DNA of 63,985 nucleotides, filler included, from Licmophora abbreviata (Eukaryota), in the NCBI GenBank assembly GCA_900291995.1. It is 15 parts of 15 records of this genome, joined end to end, with 100 filler letters (N's around TTAATTAATTAA, not from the genome) between each part and the next. Parts side by side here need not be neighbours in the genome. Positions count along the whole stretch, not along the records: positions 39,927 to 50,422 come from OLMU01005956.1; positions 50,523 to 53,198 come from OLMU01005957.1; positions 53,299 to 55,012 come from OLMU01005958.1; positions 55,113 to 61,551 come from OLMU01005959.1; 11 more parts are not named here. One strand, written 5' to 3'. The notes below the pieces were generated by a model. The model was not told the DNA's origin. It searched no databases and saw only the letters and a program-made list of their open reading frames with translations. Positions 46,201-58,069 of this stretch are shown here, one piece after another (the first letter of the stretch is position 1; each line of letters opens with the position of its first letter). Made by a program: the position numbers and the translations under genes.

Positions 46201-49200
46201 CACACTTGACATGGCTGACAACCGAGCTGATTTGGCTTTGCTAGATGGTTCTTGTAAGTCGCTATTCTTTTCGAACGTGGAGGGTGTGCTCCTCTTTGCA
46301 GGAGTGTTTTATCAGACAACCGCTTTGCATCCTGGAATCTCGATGGAAGTCGCAACAGCATCGACAAAGATGAACCAACGAGATCTTCCGAACGAGACCG
46401 AAAGAAAGCATCGACACAAGCAAGAAGCGGTGGAAGACTTATCTGGTCCTGCCAAGGACCTTGTTACCGGTGGATTGACGGAGGAGGAACAAAGGGTGCT
46501 CGAAACATATAGGCAAATGCGACTTACGAAGAATCCAGAACAGGCGATCCAAGAGGTGATGGAGACGGAGTCCGCCCCGTCCGGCCTCAGTGAGGAGGAA
46601 GCGAATGCGGTGTCAACGTATCGGAAAATGCTCAAATTAAAAATTCCGGCCGACGCTGTACGACACAAGATGAAGAAAGATGAGGTCTCAGGGAGGATTG
46701 TGCAAGCGGTCTTTTCCCCATCGGCTAGTGTCAACCAGGCAGGATCAAACTCGGAGAACGACAATGGTACCCTATCGGCAGAGGACGAACAAATAGCTGA
46801 AGACTACCGGAAGATGCTGAAGTTGCGTATTCCGCCCGATGCAGTCCGCCACAAGATGTCGAAAGATAAAGTTGACCCGAGGATCATTGATGCGGTCTTG
46901 GCGGCTTCACCAGATGCGGTCTTGGCAGCTTCACTAGAAAATGACAACCCATCACCTAACAACTCAAAGTTGTCTGAGTTGACAGAAGAAGACGAAAGTG
47001 TTGCTTTGACATATAGAAAGATGCTCAAGATGATGATACCGGTAGATGCGGTGCGACACAAGATGAAGCGTGACCAGGTTGATCCAAAGATTGTGGCGGC
47101 AGTGTTGGGTGCCGACCCACAGACACCTTCCGTGTCTGCCACACCGGCAGTCGTTCTCTCTGCAGACGAAGAAATAGTGGCGTCAACGTATCGCAAGATG
47201 CTCAAGATGATGATTCCGGCGGATGCCGTCCGTCACAAAATGAAGAAGGATCATGTGGACCCCAAAATTTCTCTGGCTGTCCTAGGTCCCGATCCCACCG
47301 AAACCCCCCGCCTCACAACCTCTTCCGTGATCAACTTGTCGCCGGAGGAAGAAGCCTGTGCCGCCCCGTACCGCAGAATGCTTCGTGTAAATATTCCGAT
47401 TGACGCGGTTCGGCACAAGATGCTCAAGGAAGGTGCCAACGAGAAAGTAATCAAAGCCGTCATCGGCGGTGATGCAAATGCGTCAAGACCAGCAATGATC
47501 AAGAAGTCGTCTGCTCGCGGCGCCCAGTTAGTCAATATTCATTGGACAGTCCTGTCCGGCGAGGAGCTGGACAATAGCATTTGGCGGGCTGCCAAAAAAC
47601 CAAGAGTGGCAGCACCGCAGCCGGAAGGTAATGACATCTCAAAGCTTGTCGAGCTTTTCCAGAAGAAGACGAACAAGGGAGTTGGTGCAGCGACGGAGTC
47701 GACGAAAGCGACCGGTGACGATAAGGCGAAATTGCTCGATTTGACTCGGTCAAACAACATTGCAATCAGTTTGAAGGCTTTCAAGGAATTTTCACATCGA
47801 GACTTGGCAGATACGATAGCGAACTTGGATCCTCTGCGAAAGATCCGAGGCGAGCGAGTTCAATTTGTGAGAGATCTCCTTCCGACACCGACTGAGGCGA
47901 AAGTCATCAAGGCTTATAAGGGCAGCGATTGTCGGCTCGTCGCGGCAGAGCTATTCTTCCGGCAAGCTGTCACTGTGCCTCGAATTAAGGCCAAAGTTCA
48001 GGTCCTGCAGACGATGGATACTCTCAAGGATACCGCAACGGACCTTCGCGAGAACCTCAAGGTACTTGCACAGGTGTGTCACCAGGTGATGACAAGTATC
48101 AAACTTCAAGAAGTTCTAGAGATGGTTCTTCATGTAGGAAACATCATGAACGAGGGTACACGCACTGGTGGAGCGGCAGGCTTCAAGTTTGATTCACTGC
48201 TCAAGCTCACCCAAACGAAGAGCTCAGACGGCAAGACGAGTGTTCTTGATTATATTGTCATGATTTTCGTCGCAAAGGAGCGAGAAGACGCCCTAGATTT
48301 GTTCTCAGATTTTCCGGAGTGTCAATTGGCAAGTCGTATGGCCATCTCCGACATGCTTGGCGCAGCTCGTACGATGAATGCTTCACTAGCCAAATGTCGA
48401 ACTGAGCTCGATCACCTGCGAAAAGATGCTGGTATCGCTTCTGATGACTCTAACGGAAGTCCTGCCGACGCTGTCGCAACAGATCCTCGTGCTGCAATGC
48501 TGGCTGCAATTCAGAAACGGGGAGCTGCACAAGAGCCAGAGGTACCAAGAAAGAAAGAGTTCTCACATCGGGCAGCGTTCCTCGCTGCGATTGAGTCTAA
48601 TTCCAAAAAGTCTGCTGAGATGCAGTCTGAATCCTCAGAAAGCACGACTTCAAACTCAAGGGAGGACGAGGACGAGGAGGATGCATTTGAAGACGTCAAG
48701 TCCGATGCTGCTACCCCTGACCGAGAAGATTCCATTCACGGTGGAATCGAGCGACTAGAAGAGTTCATGGAAGAGGCAACGGACATTCTCGAAAAGCTTG
48801 AACAGGATAGAGACCTAGCCATCGACGCATGCAAGGCACTTTCACGTTACTGTGGAGAGAGCGGAGGTGAAAGAGCGACGACGACGGTACTTGGAATTCT
48901 AGCGTCCTTCGCCACGATCCTCGCTGAGGCGGTAAAGAAACATCATGCACGCGTGGAAGCAGAAGCGCGAAGAGAGGCGGCTCACAGAAGGAAGGAGCAA
49001 CAACAGGCGACAAAGAAGAGCAAGGGTCCCGAGAGTACTCAGACGACCCCAGTGAAAAACTCAGTAATTGGAGGACAATCTGATCAGCTCGCCGGCGACC
49101 ACGGGATCAAAGAAGGCACTCCAAAACAAGCCGATGCTTCCGGGTCTGTGATATCGACATCGATCGACGCAGAAGTCTCCCTCTGACAAGCAATCCCTGG

Positions 49201-49478
49201 TCTTGATGGTAAACCAGCTACTCCATGACGCGCCATCCGAGATTCGGTCCGACTACAAGAATGGTGTCGTGATGGAAAATCCTGACGACACGCTTCGCGC
49301 TATTTACAAGAAGGAACGTCAGTCCTTGGGCTTTTCCATCCCCGTAACTGTGCGCCCCACTCAGATGGACCTGTTAAGTGCCATTAAGAAGCGACAGGAG
49401 CGTGTCGAGTCAGCGGTGGTAGAAGAATCAGCCGAAAACCCGGCTGGCAACGGCAACGTGAAAGGGCAGGAGAAATAG
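43299..49478 (+). CDS. Formin (FH2) with tandem CCDC53-like repeats and WH2-like motifs
   Basis: FH2 motifs NIHW...SIW, LLDLTRSNNIAISLK, VLHVGNIMNEG..AAGFKFDSLLKLTQTKS. Five YRKMLK..IP.DAVRHKM repeats. Intron at 44541-44628. Joining the 43299, 44449, 45671 and 49203 ORFs needs apparent frameshifts near 45515 and 49165, so the N-terminal extent is uncertain. Confidence 0.75.
46889..46937 (+). repeat. 24-bp in-frame tandem duplication inside the formin
   Basis: gatgcggtcttggcggcttcacca / gatgcggtcttggcagcttcacta, encoding DAVLAASP DAVLAASL. Confidence 0.8.
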
Positions 49479-50165
49479 GAACAAAACGATGATGACAAGT
49501 CACGCCTGAACTAGTATTAGTCGCAGGACATCCAAAAAGACAATGGAGAGGGATGGACAGCGCACTAATTTATAATATGTATCGTAAACTTTTCTGGGCC
49601 GGTACCTTTAGCATGGTGGTCAACCATGTATGTGAAGATATCCTTTCTCACTAGGATGAATACTACGAACTGCTACCTGCATCCTGTCTCTGACAACCGG
49701 GTCGCCCGGGTTGCGTTGACTGAGTTAGGTCGACTTCAGGAACTTAGTGCAGCCGCATGCTTTCAGTTTTCCGGTAGTGTGATAGGGACTGACTCGAGCC
49801 GATGTGTCAGATGTCCGCTCTAGTTGTCGAGCTCGAAGAGTGAGTCGAGTCGCATTCCAGCTCCGTCTCAGCGGATTTGGAGCAGGGCCTGAGGCCAACG
49901 ATTGTCAGACGGACGCCGCACGGTCGGAGCTTTCTCTTTTGACAACAGAACTCGGATACATATTTATGATACGAGATGGAGAGGCTAGCGATTTTGTACA
50001 TATCACAGCTACACTTCGCGAATCTTCATCGAATCTTCTTTTGATCTTACTGCACTTATGATACGACCAGGTCGTATAGTCGTATCACAATAGTCACCAC
50101 AAAGAGAATACATTCCGTGCTCATTGCTCTCAAGAATCGTCAAAAGGAAGGAAGAAGATATCATC

Positions 50166-50647
50166 ATGTCAGACGTCGAATTGGTCGAGAAGTGGTGGAA
50201 GAAGTGCCAATCGGGCAAGATCACCGAAGCTGCCAATCTGGTTGCCAAGGATGTCACCATGAAGACAACCAGGACGGGCGGTACCATTCAGGGCCGCGAA
50301 AAGTTCATCGCCCACAAAGAGCAGATTATCATGGCAGAGGTGGAATGGGATGAATTCAGGCAGGGGAGTGCTCCGCACCAGGTGGTTTGCGATGGACACC
50401 ACAAGGAAGGATTTCTCGGAAGNNNNNNNNNNNNNNNNNNNNNNNNNNNNNNNNNNNNNNNNNNNNTTAATTAATTAANNNNNNNNNNNNNNNNNNNNNN
50501 NNNNNNNNNNNNNNNNNNNNNNTCCTCGGAAGGGTTGACCAGCCGTATCAGCGTGTTTTCACCATTAAGGACGGAATGATTTCCCAAATCATGGCTCAGA
50601 AAGTGCGCGAGGGGTGGCTTGGAGAGAGCGACAACAAGGTCCACTGA
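50166..50647 (+). CDS. Small SnoaL/NTF2-like protein spanning a spacer
   Basis: MSDVELVEKWWKKCQSG..EAANLVAKDVTM...IQGREKF continues after the spacer (flank overlap ctcggaag) as RVDQPYQRVFTIKDGMISQI...VH*. Confidence 0.6.
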
Positions 50648-51598
50648 ACTACCGGCCGCCCTTCGCCTACTGTCGTCGAATGCCCCTTTGACGCTTACTT
50701 GTATCTTAACTCAAAAATAGTGTAAGGACAGTGACGATGTGTATTTCATGATGATACAGCTTCTCCTTGTTGGCGGGCTCGTCTTGCGCAAGATTTGAAG
50801 ATTGATTCCTTTATGGTTGTCCCGTTCTTCAACCACATCCTTCTACGGCCTGGGCGGAAGCAATTAATGCTTGGCAATGTGTTGACGAGCGCTTGCGGCG
50901 AGCCGGCGGTAGAGGACCATTCGATTCTCATTGTGGGATTCCTTCTTCTTCTCTAGCTCTCTTTCGTCATCCAGGGCATATCCATCCTTCTCGATCATAG
51001 TTGAGTAGTAGTAGACTTATTCGTACTACTCGAGTACGTGTATAGCTCGCAAAGAATTGAATGGCTTTGGGTAGAAGACCCCAGCCAGGACTTGTACCAA
51101 CCAACAGTACACTGGTACCGGTAGGCTAGTCTGTCTTCTACTACGAGTTAGTTTAACGGTACGTATGGCAATTAGACCTGAGATGCTCTTCGTCTGAGGG
51201 GCCTGATATCATTGCGACAGCAACAGGCAACAAACAAAACGCAAACTCTTCTTGGAAAAGATTGGCTGACCATTTGGTCCATTCTGTGAAGTTATTGTCA
51301 ATTTGGGTGATTTTTCTGCCAATTCTGATGTTCAACCAATCAAATAGAAGGAAAACAGAATTCGCTCTATACGAACACCATCTTTTTTGAGATTTGCAAT
51401 ACTCGTAACGGTCATGTCTGAATGATCAGAAAATGAATGAGAGAGACGGCGCGACGCAAGACACAACGCATTGGGAGTGAACGCCGCGGCCACTTCATCG
51501 CTGCCTGTCGTCCCCTGTTCCCTGCTACAGGTACCTACCTGTTTCTGTACAGGATCGATCTTCAGTGCGCCTGTCTTTTTCGTAGATTGCATTATACG

Positions 51599-53198
51599 AT
51601 GACTGTCCCCACCAACATTGAGCTGGTGGACCGCGCCGATCAGAAGAAAGGCCGCTATCATTTTGAGCAGCTACCAGGCAACAAGAGTCGCAATAAGAAG
51701 AAAAAGAAGTCTGGAGGAACAGCGGGCGATCTCTTTTTGCAGGTGGAGCGTGAAGAGGATGACGCCAGTGTGGCCCGATCGACTGCTAGTAATATGCAGC
51801 AAGATGAAGATTACTACCTTGGCATGGATATGGACGTCGAATTGTTCCTGCGGCGGAGACGAAAGCGAAACAAGGCCATACTTATCATTCTACTGTTTGG
51901 CGTGGTGCTGGTATCCAGCGTCTTTGTCTACCAGAAGCGCACGAGCAACAGCAACGACACTCCCAGCAAGCAAGATAACGGCAACGAGAACCCGACTGTC
52001 ACTACCAACGCTACCAATCCTTCGACACCAGCTCACCCGCATCATTCTACGCCACCTCCCACCATGTGGCCGACGACAGCTCCAGCCCCCGCGTTTGACA
52101 TGTGTCCTCCTCCCATTATCTATCAAGACTCTCGTCAACAATATTTTGATGTCTTTCACATGCACAATATCAATATCGTACCCGAAGCTCCCACGAAGGA
52201 CGACTTTGAAGATTCCTGGGAGTATACCTTCACCGCCCTCGATATCAACCAAGACTGCTCCATGATTGCAGTCGGCATGAGTGATTTCAGTGCTTCGACG
52301 GCGCAGGATGTGGGAATGACGCGGGTGTTTGGATATGATTGTAAGGATGAAAAGTGGAAACAAGTGGGACAAGACTTGCTGGGGACCAACGAAGGTGAAC
52401 AGTTTGGTCATCGCGTGCAGATTGACAAGACGGGAAAAGTTATGGCCATTTCGGCGCCACAGGCTGACTTTCAGGGAGGCAGTGGTTTTGTCGAAGTGTA
52501 CTATCTGATGGACACCAAACACCTGTTGAGGAAGAACGGTGCCCAGTGGAAACTGCTGGGATCTAGAATTACGGACTTGGAGGATATCGACAATGATGAA
52601 TACTCGCTGCTGGGACATGCGATTGCATTGAGTAGCAAGGGTGAGACACTCGCCGTTCTGGCATGGACCAACACGACGACGTTTGTCGTCCGCGTTTTTC
52701 AATACGACTACAATCAAAAGGAGTGGTTGCGCAAGGGCGGGGATATTCCAGCCACAATGTCCACCGCGGATGGATTCGACTTTGATCCCCAACTCACTCT
52801 CAAAGATGACGGGGACACGTTGGGGATGGCGGACCCACAGTTTGGTGTCTTGTTTTACAAATTTGATTACACGCAGAATACGTGGAGTCAGAGTGATAAC
52901 AAGTTGACCCGATTCGGTTCTGCGGACGATTTTTGGATTGAGAGTGTCGACATGGACAATGCGGCGAATCTCATTGCCTTCTCTGCTTTCGAAGAGGGCA
53001 AGACTGAGGCGGACATGAGCAACATTGTCAAGATGGTGGATTACGCCAACACTACGAATGGCACTGACGTATTTGTCAGGAGCTATCCAGACTTTCAAGT
53101 CGGAATTGCCGTGGCCGTATCGGAAGATGGACAAGTGGCGGCCGTCGTGGCGAGTCGCGAAGACATTGATGACGATTATTGGTTGGGCGATGTGGAAT
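51599..53198 (+). CDS. Type-II membrane protein with PT stalk and FG-GAP-like beta-propeller (3' truncated)
   Basis: RRRRKRNK + AILIILLFGVVLVSSVFVY, then repeats WKQVGQDL..EQFGHRVQI..MAISAP, LGHAIALSSKGETLAV, GIAVAVSEDGQVAAV. Confidence 0.75.
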
Positions 53199-53844
53199 NN
53201 NNNNNNNNNNNNNNNNNNNNNNNNNNNNNNNNNNNNNNNNNNTTAATTAATTAANNNNNNNNNNNNNNNNNNNNNNNNNNNNNNNNNNNNNNNNNNNNGG
53301 GACGCCTTGTGACGCCACACCTACTGTGTGCGCACTGTGCTCGTACATTGGTCAGTCCACCTCTTTCGAGGCGTGGTCAGTTCAGTTTCCCGCCCCACCA
53401 GGCTTCAGAAAGCGTCTGCTTTCGGGTCCCAATGACACATTACCAGTTAGAGGATGACCACCCATTTCAGTGCCGCTTGTGACATCACTCACATTCTCAC
53501 TGTGCGATTGGAACAACGCATCACCAGCTGATGTTCTCATCCTTTACGTAGAACGTAGTACAATTTCTACGGTAGATTCGTCGTCGGTGTCAACTCCGAA
53601 CTCGCGCCGCCGAGAGAGAAAATGCACCGACTCACTTTTTGCTCGCATCACGTTGACACCATCGCTGATTGTGCCCACTTTACGCCCGAATTAGCAAACC
53701 AAGTTCATAGCCAGGGTAAGAATTGGGCCTGCGCTTCTTAGAAAGTACCAAGGGGGAAAAGATTGTGGAATTTCGTGGCTCATATCAGATTCCTTTGTTT
53801 GCTTTCGCCAACTTCTCAGTTGCAACGCCAATCATCATTATACC

Positions 53845-54744
53845 ATGGCTGCTCGACCAGACATTCCGACAGACTACAAGGCCATCAAGACCAACGACAA
53901 GGCCGATGAGGACTTTCGAGTTTATACCAGTGAGGACACTCCTGCTCGTGTCGTGGAACACTATCGCGACATGCGCATGAATCACACGGTTGACTTTTAC
54001 CGTCGCATGGAACAGAAGTTCGATTTCTCCAACGGCTCCTACCGCCGCCTCATGACGATCGAAGAGGCCTTTGCCGAACTCGAAAACTATGTGGATGCCT
54101 CCGATCCTGATTTGGATTTGCCAAATCTCCTGCATGTTTTGCAGACCGCCGAAGGAATCCGTCGTGCTGGTCATCCCGATTGGATGCAGCTCACGGGGTT
54201 GCTCCATGACATGGGAAAAATCATGTTTCTCTGGGGCACGGGCGAGGACGGTCAAGATGGCTACAGTCCCACTGGGAAGCAGTGGGCATTGGGTGGAGAT
54301 ACCTTTGTGGTTGGATGTGAAATTCCCGACGACGCTGTCATTCTCCCGGAGTTCAACAAGCTCAACCCCGACATGCAGGACCTTCGATACAATACCAAGT
54401 TTGGCATGTATGAACCTCACTGCGGCCTAGACAAGCTCCTGTTTGCCTGGGGCCACGACGAGTACATGTGGCGCATGCTTTCAGCCAACGAGACAACACT
54501 TCCTCGTGAGGGACTCGACATGATTCGTTATCACAGCGCGTATCCAATGCACGATAAGGGGGCCTACAAGCATCTGCTCAAGCCCCAAGACGAGGAGCGC
54601 CTCGAATGGATCACCCTGTTTAACCGCTTTGATCTCTACACTAAGGACGGTGAGAATGATCTGCGCACCGGCATGGATGAACTGTGGCCCTACTACAAGG
54701 GTCTCCTTCAAAAGTACGGATTGGACGGCAAGCTCAAGTGGTGA
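53845..54744 (+). CDS. MIOX: myo-Inositol oxygenase
   Basis: VDASDPDLDLPNLLHVLQTAEGIR, DWMQLTGLLHDMGK, QWALGGDTFVVGC, WGHDEY, IRYHSAYPMH, FNRFDLYTK. Confidence 0.96.
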   Translation: MAARPDIPTDYKAIKTNDKADEDFRVYTSEDTPARVVEHYRDMRMNHTVDFYRRMEQKFDFSNGSYRRLMTIEEAFAELENYVDASDPDLDLPNLLHVLQTAEGIRRAGHPDWMQLTGLLHDMGKIMFLWGTGEDGQDGYSPTGKQWALGGDTFVVGCEIPDDAVILPEFNKLNPDMQDLRYNTKFGMYEPHCGLDKLLFAWGHDEYMWRMLSANETTLPREGLDMIRYHSAYPMHDKGAYKHLLKPQDEERLEWITLFNRFDLYTKDGENDLRTGMDELWPYYKGLLQKYGLDGKLKW

Positions 54745-55150
54745 ATGTGTTTTGCTTGTATCGAATCGACTCTATAGACTTTGTGATTTTCCCCGCTTGG
54801 ATAACGATACATGCGTAATACTGATGATACAGAACAACAACTGCATGATGACGTTTTGAAGAGGATGCAATGCTGTAGTTCACTAGGCTGTCTACATATT
54901 CGACTGGAGGGTAGACATCACGCGTCCTGTATGACGCACGTGGATTGCATTCACCACAACACACACCTTAGGGTTGCGGATTTCGGGCGCGCCAAAATAT
55001 CCTTTTTGTTCTNNNNNNNNNNNNNNNNNNNNNNNNNNNNNNNNNNNNNNNNNNNNTTAATTAATTAANNNNNNNNNNNNNNNNNNNNNNNNNNNNNNNN
55101 NNNNNNNNNNNNGAAAGTCATTTTGCCTCGATTGGGCTAAGAAAGTCACC

Positions 55151-56296
55151 ATGGCGGAGACGAATGAACTGCGTCGACGTTGCCGCACTGTGCCGATGGT
55201 GATCAACAGCGGTTTTCTGTTGGCGTTGTTTTATTATGTCTTTGAGAGTCGACACGAGTTACAAGAACTCGTCAACACCCCGCAAACATCTCATCGGGTC
55301 ATGGCACTGGCATCCGCCCTTCATCCTCACCACCACCACGGTGTCTTTAGTGACGCCGAAGCGACAGCCAATGCCGAAGAGGTACATCGGATTCGAGAGG
55401 AAGTCTACGCCAAGTGTCGAAATGCCACGTTCACTGCCTTGCAAGTATCTCAAACCCTCCAAAAACAATTTCGCCACTCATTGATTCAAGCCGGCACGCA
55501 CGAAGACTCCCTCCCTCTACAAGCGTGCAGTCACGTCTTTTTAGACTTTGGAGCCAATGTCGGAGACAGTTTGGCCAAATTTGTAGATGCGGGTATGGGG
55601 CGATGTGTCAAGCAAGTTCCATTGCATCCCAACGACCGGAGCGCCCTGTTTAATGCGAGAAAACGTGGAAATCCTCTCATCCAGTGGGCACTGCGTCGAT
55701 TCAAGACACACAACAACAATCCAGAAGACTATTGTTACTTTGGATTGGAAGGAAATCCCCACTTTACACAACAACTTCAGCAGCTGGAACGTCAAGTGAT
55801 GCGCATGACTCCACGACCCGTGAGACGAGCTCACTTCTTTACCGAGTCCGTGGGGACGAACCACGATGGACTCACGACCATGTATCTTGATACAATTAAT
55901 GAATTCAAGCAATTCTGGGGGTCCTCATTGCTACCGACTCACACGGACGTACTCACGTCCGCGAAAAGAACTAATGACAGTCAACCCATCACAGTAACAG
56001 TGCAAGGCTACTCGCTGACGACACTCCTTGCTCGACTGGTGCAACCAATCCAAGGCGGCCATGTGTTTATAAAGAGTGACATTGAGGGTGCCGAGTATGC
56101 CTTGTTGAACGAGGGAGCGGACTCCTTGTGTCGGTACGTACAAGAATACAAGGTAGAGATCGATATACTCGTGGAACTGCACGGACAACGTGTGATAGGG
56201 GAGAACGAGGAGGCAGATCGGTATCGATCCGAAACCAAAGGCAAACTTGTAGACTGCGGAGTGAATCTAGTCGAAGGAGAGGCGGGGAGATTATGA
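55151..56296 (+). CDS. Membrane-anchored FkbM-like methyltransferase
   Basis: N-terminal TM (SGFLLALFYYVF), VFLDFGANVGDS, FGLEGNP, FIKSDIEGAEY, VELH. Confidence 0.7.
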   Translation: MAETNELRRRCRTVPMVINSGFLLALFYYVFESRHELQELVNTPQTSHRVMALASALHPHHHHGVFSDAEATANAEEVHRIREEVYAKCRNATFTALQVSQTLQKQFRHSLIQAGTHEDSLPLQACSHVFLDFGANVGDSLAKFVDAGMGRCVKQVPLHPNDRSALFNARKRGNPLIQWALRRFKTHNNNPEDYCYFGLEGNPHFTQQLQQLERQVMRMTPRPVRRAHFFTESVGTNHDGLTTMYLDTINEFKQFWGSSLLPTHTDVLTSAKRTNDSQPITVTVQGYSLTTLLARLVQPIQGGHVFIKSDIEGAEYALLNEGADSLCRYVQEYKVEIDILVELHGQRVIGENEEADRYRSETKGKLVDCGVNLVEGEAGRL

Positions 56297-56363
56297 AGGT
56301 TGTGAAATTAAGTGTGCACACTCTATTCATAGCTACATTTGTATTTTACAAACTTCTAATTGG

Positions 56364-56778
56364 CTATGACGACGACGACGATGTCGTAGCCTCTCTCTTG
56401 GATTCATACTGGTGTGGAGTCCACGCCTTGATGGTGAGCGCATGAATTTGGTCCATGAGTTCATTCTCCGATAGTGCAGCATTCACCATACGATGTCGTT
56501 TCAACAGGGAAACACCCTCAAATTTATGAGTCACAACAAGGACCTCCAGCTTGGCTCCGTTGCAATGACTGTCCTCGGAACAGTCCACCACGTCCACGTG
56601 CTGTGCATCCAGGGCGGTGAGGAGCTGGTGATGATTGAGAGAATACGCAAACGAGGGATGGTGATCCCTTGAAGCGTGAGAATGCGAAGCACCTAGAATC
56701 AATGTTGCACACGCACAAGCCCACTAGTACCTTTTCCGTGACGAGAGTGGCAATCGGCGTCGTCGTAGTCGTTGCCAT
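56364..56778 (-). CDS. BOLA: BolA-like protein (2 exons: 56778-56731, 56624-56364)
   Basis: VVDCS...KLEVLVVTHKFEGVSLLKRHRMVN...IHALTIKAWTP. In-frame intron AAG|GTACTA...CACCAG|. Confidence 0.9.
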
Positions 56779-56918
56779 GGTCAAAAAGCTGTTGTGCGTG
56801 CACACAGAAGTCAATTTCAGTGGTCCGTGCGTCACACCTTTCCAAACTCCGCGCGATGGATTTCATTCCGAATTCAGAATTCAGCAAACATCATTACATT
56901 TTACCGCTCCACGCGACC

Positions 56919-58036
56919 ATGACGACGAAACGACGGCCTCGATTGCGGCTCCCTCTGCGGCGGAACCTCTTTGCAGTGTTGTCTGGAGTGTTATTGACTA
57001 GTAAGGAGATAGTATTCGTCGACGCGTTTGGCCACCCGAGAATACGAAATCAGATTTATCATCCTTGCCATCACAAACCCAACGCTCCTCATTGTACCAT
57101 CAGTTTCGATGGCAGACACTGCCATACCAAAAAGGATGCTCGGTCTTTCGTCTTTTGCTTGCATGCCACGTCGTCGCGAAATCTAAAAGCGGATCAGCAA
57201 CGAAATAACAATCGCTTTCAGAATGACAAGAACGACATTACAACCACTAGTAGTACGGACGAGAAAGTAGCAAGATCCAACAGTGACGACGACGAGGAAC
57301 ACCGAGAATTCGAAGCAACAACAACAAGAACGAAGCGATTCAGAGCTTCGAATGACGACAAGAGAAAACGAACCACTCGTACTTCTAGTAGTGAAAACCT
57401 ACAAGAAGGGAAACGAAAGAGCACACAGCAGAAGTCTTCTTCTCGCTCCATCACTGCGGTTGAGAGACTCGCCCGAGCTGCCGCACGTGCTACCGAAGAG
57501 CAACAACAACAAAAACAAAAACAAGAATCCACTACAAGCACCAGCAACTCTTCTTCTTCCATGAGTGTTTCTTCAGTATCTTCACTTTCCTCGCTCACTC
57601 AACTCAACAAGAAGATTGACGAGCAGATATTGCTCAACCAGAAAGCATCATCTTCCTTCTTTGTCAATGGTATTGTACGACAGACACGGGACAGCATGAC
57701 GAGTCTATTGGGACACAACAATGACCAGCTCGTGAAGGATATCCATCCTTCCAGACTCACACTCAACGCTCACCAGGTCGCAGTCGTCTTTGGCAAGTCC
57801 TTGGTGGACGACCGCGTGTCTGTCGAGTATGCGGCACGGATTCAGTCCCTAGTGCAGTATTTACTGGACACCGACGAGGAAGTGGATGTTATTTGTTTTT
57901 GTGGGGGTGCGGTGACTCACACTACAGGTGTACACTCGTCCGATGCGGGCTATCTCTACTTTCGACACTTGTGTGCGGCACAGCACGTCAAGCTGGACGA
58001 CATTGAGTTTGTCATTGATCGAAGCAGCAGCTCGTC

Positions 58037-58069
<33 letters not shown>

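Noticed and set aside
277..49478. Functional cluster of trafficking genes (V-ATPase E, Sec16, BEACH, GOS1, formin)
   Set aside because: Interspersed with unrelated genes, and such genes are common, so chance is an adequate explanation.
51890..53134. 414-aa antisense ORF
   Set aside because: Shadow of the beta-propeller membrane protein; no independent motifs.
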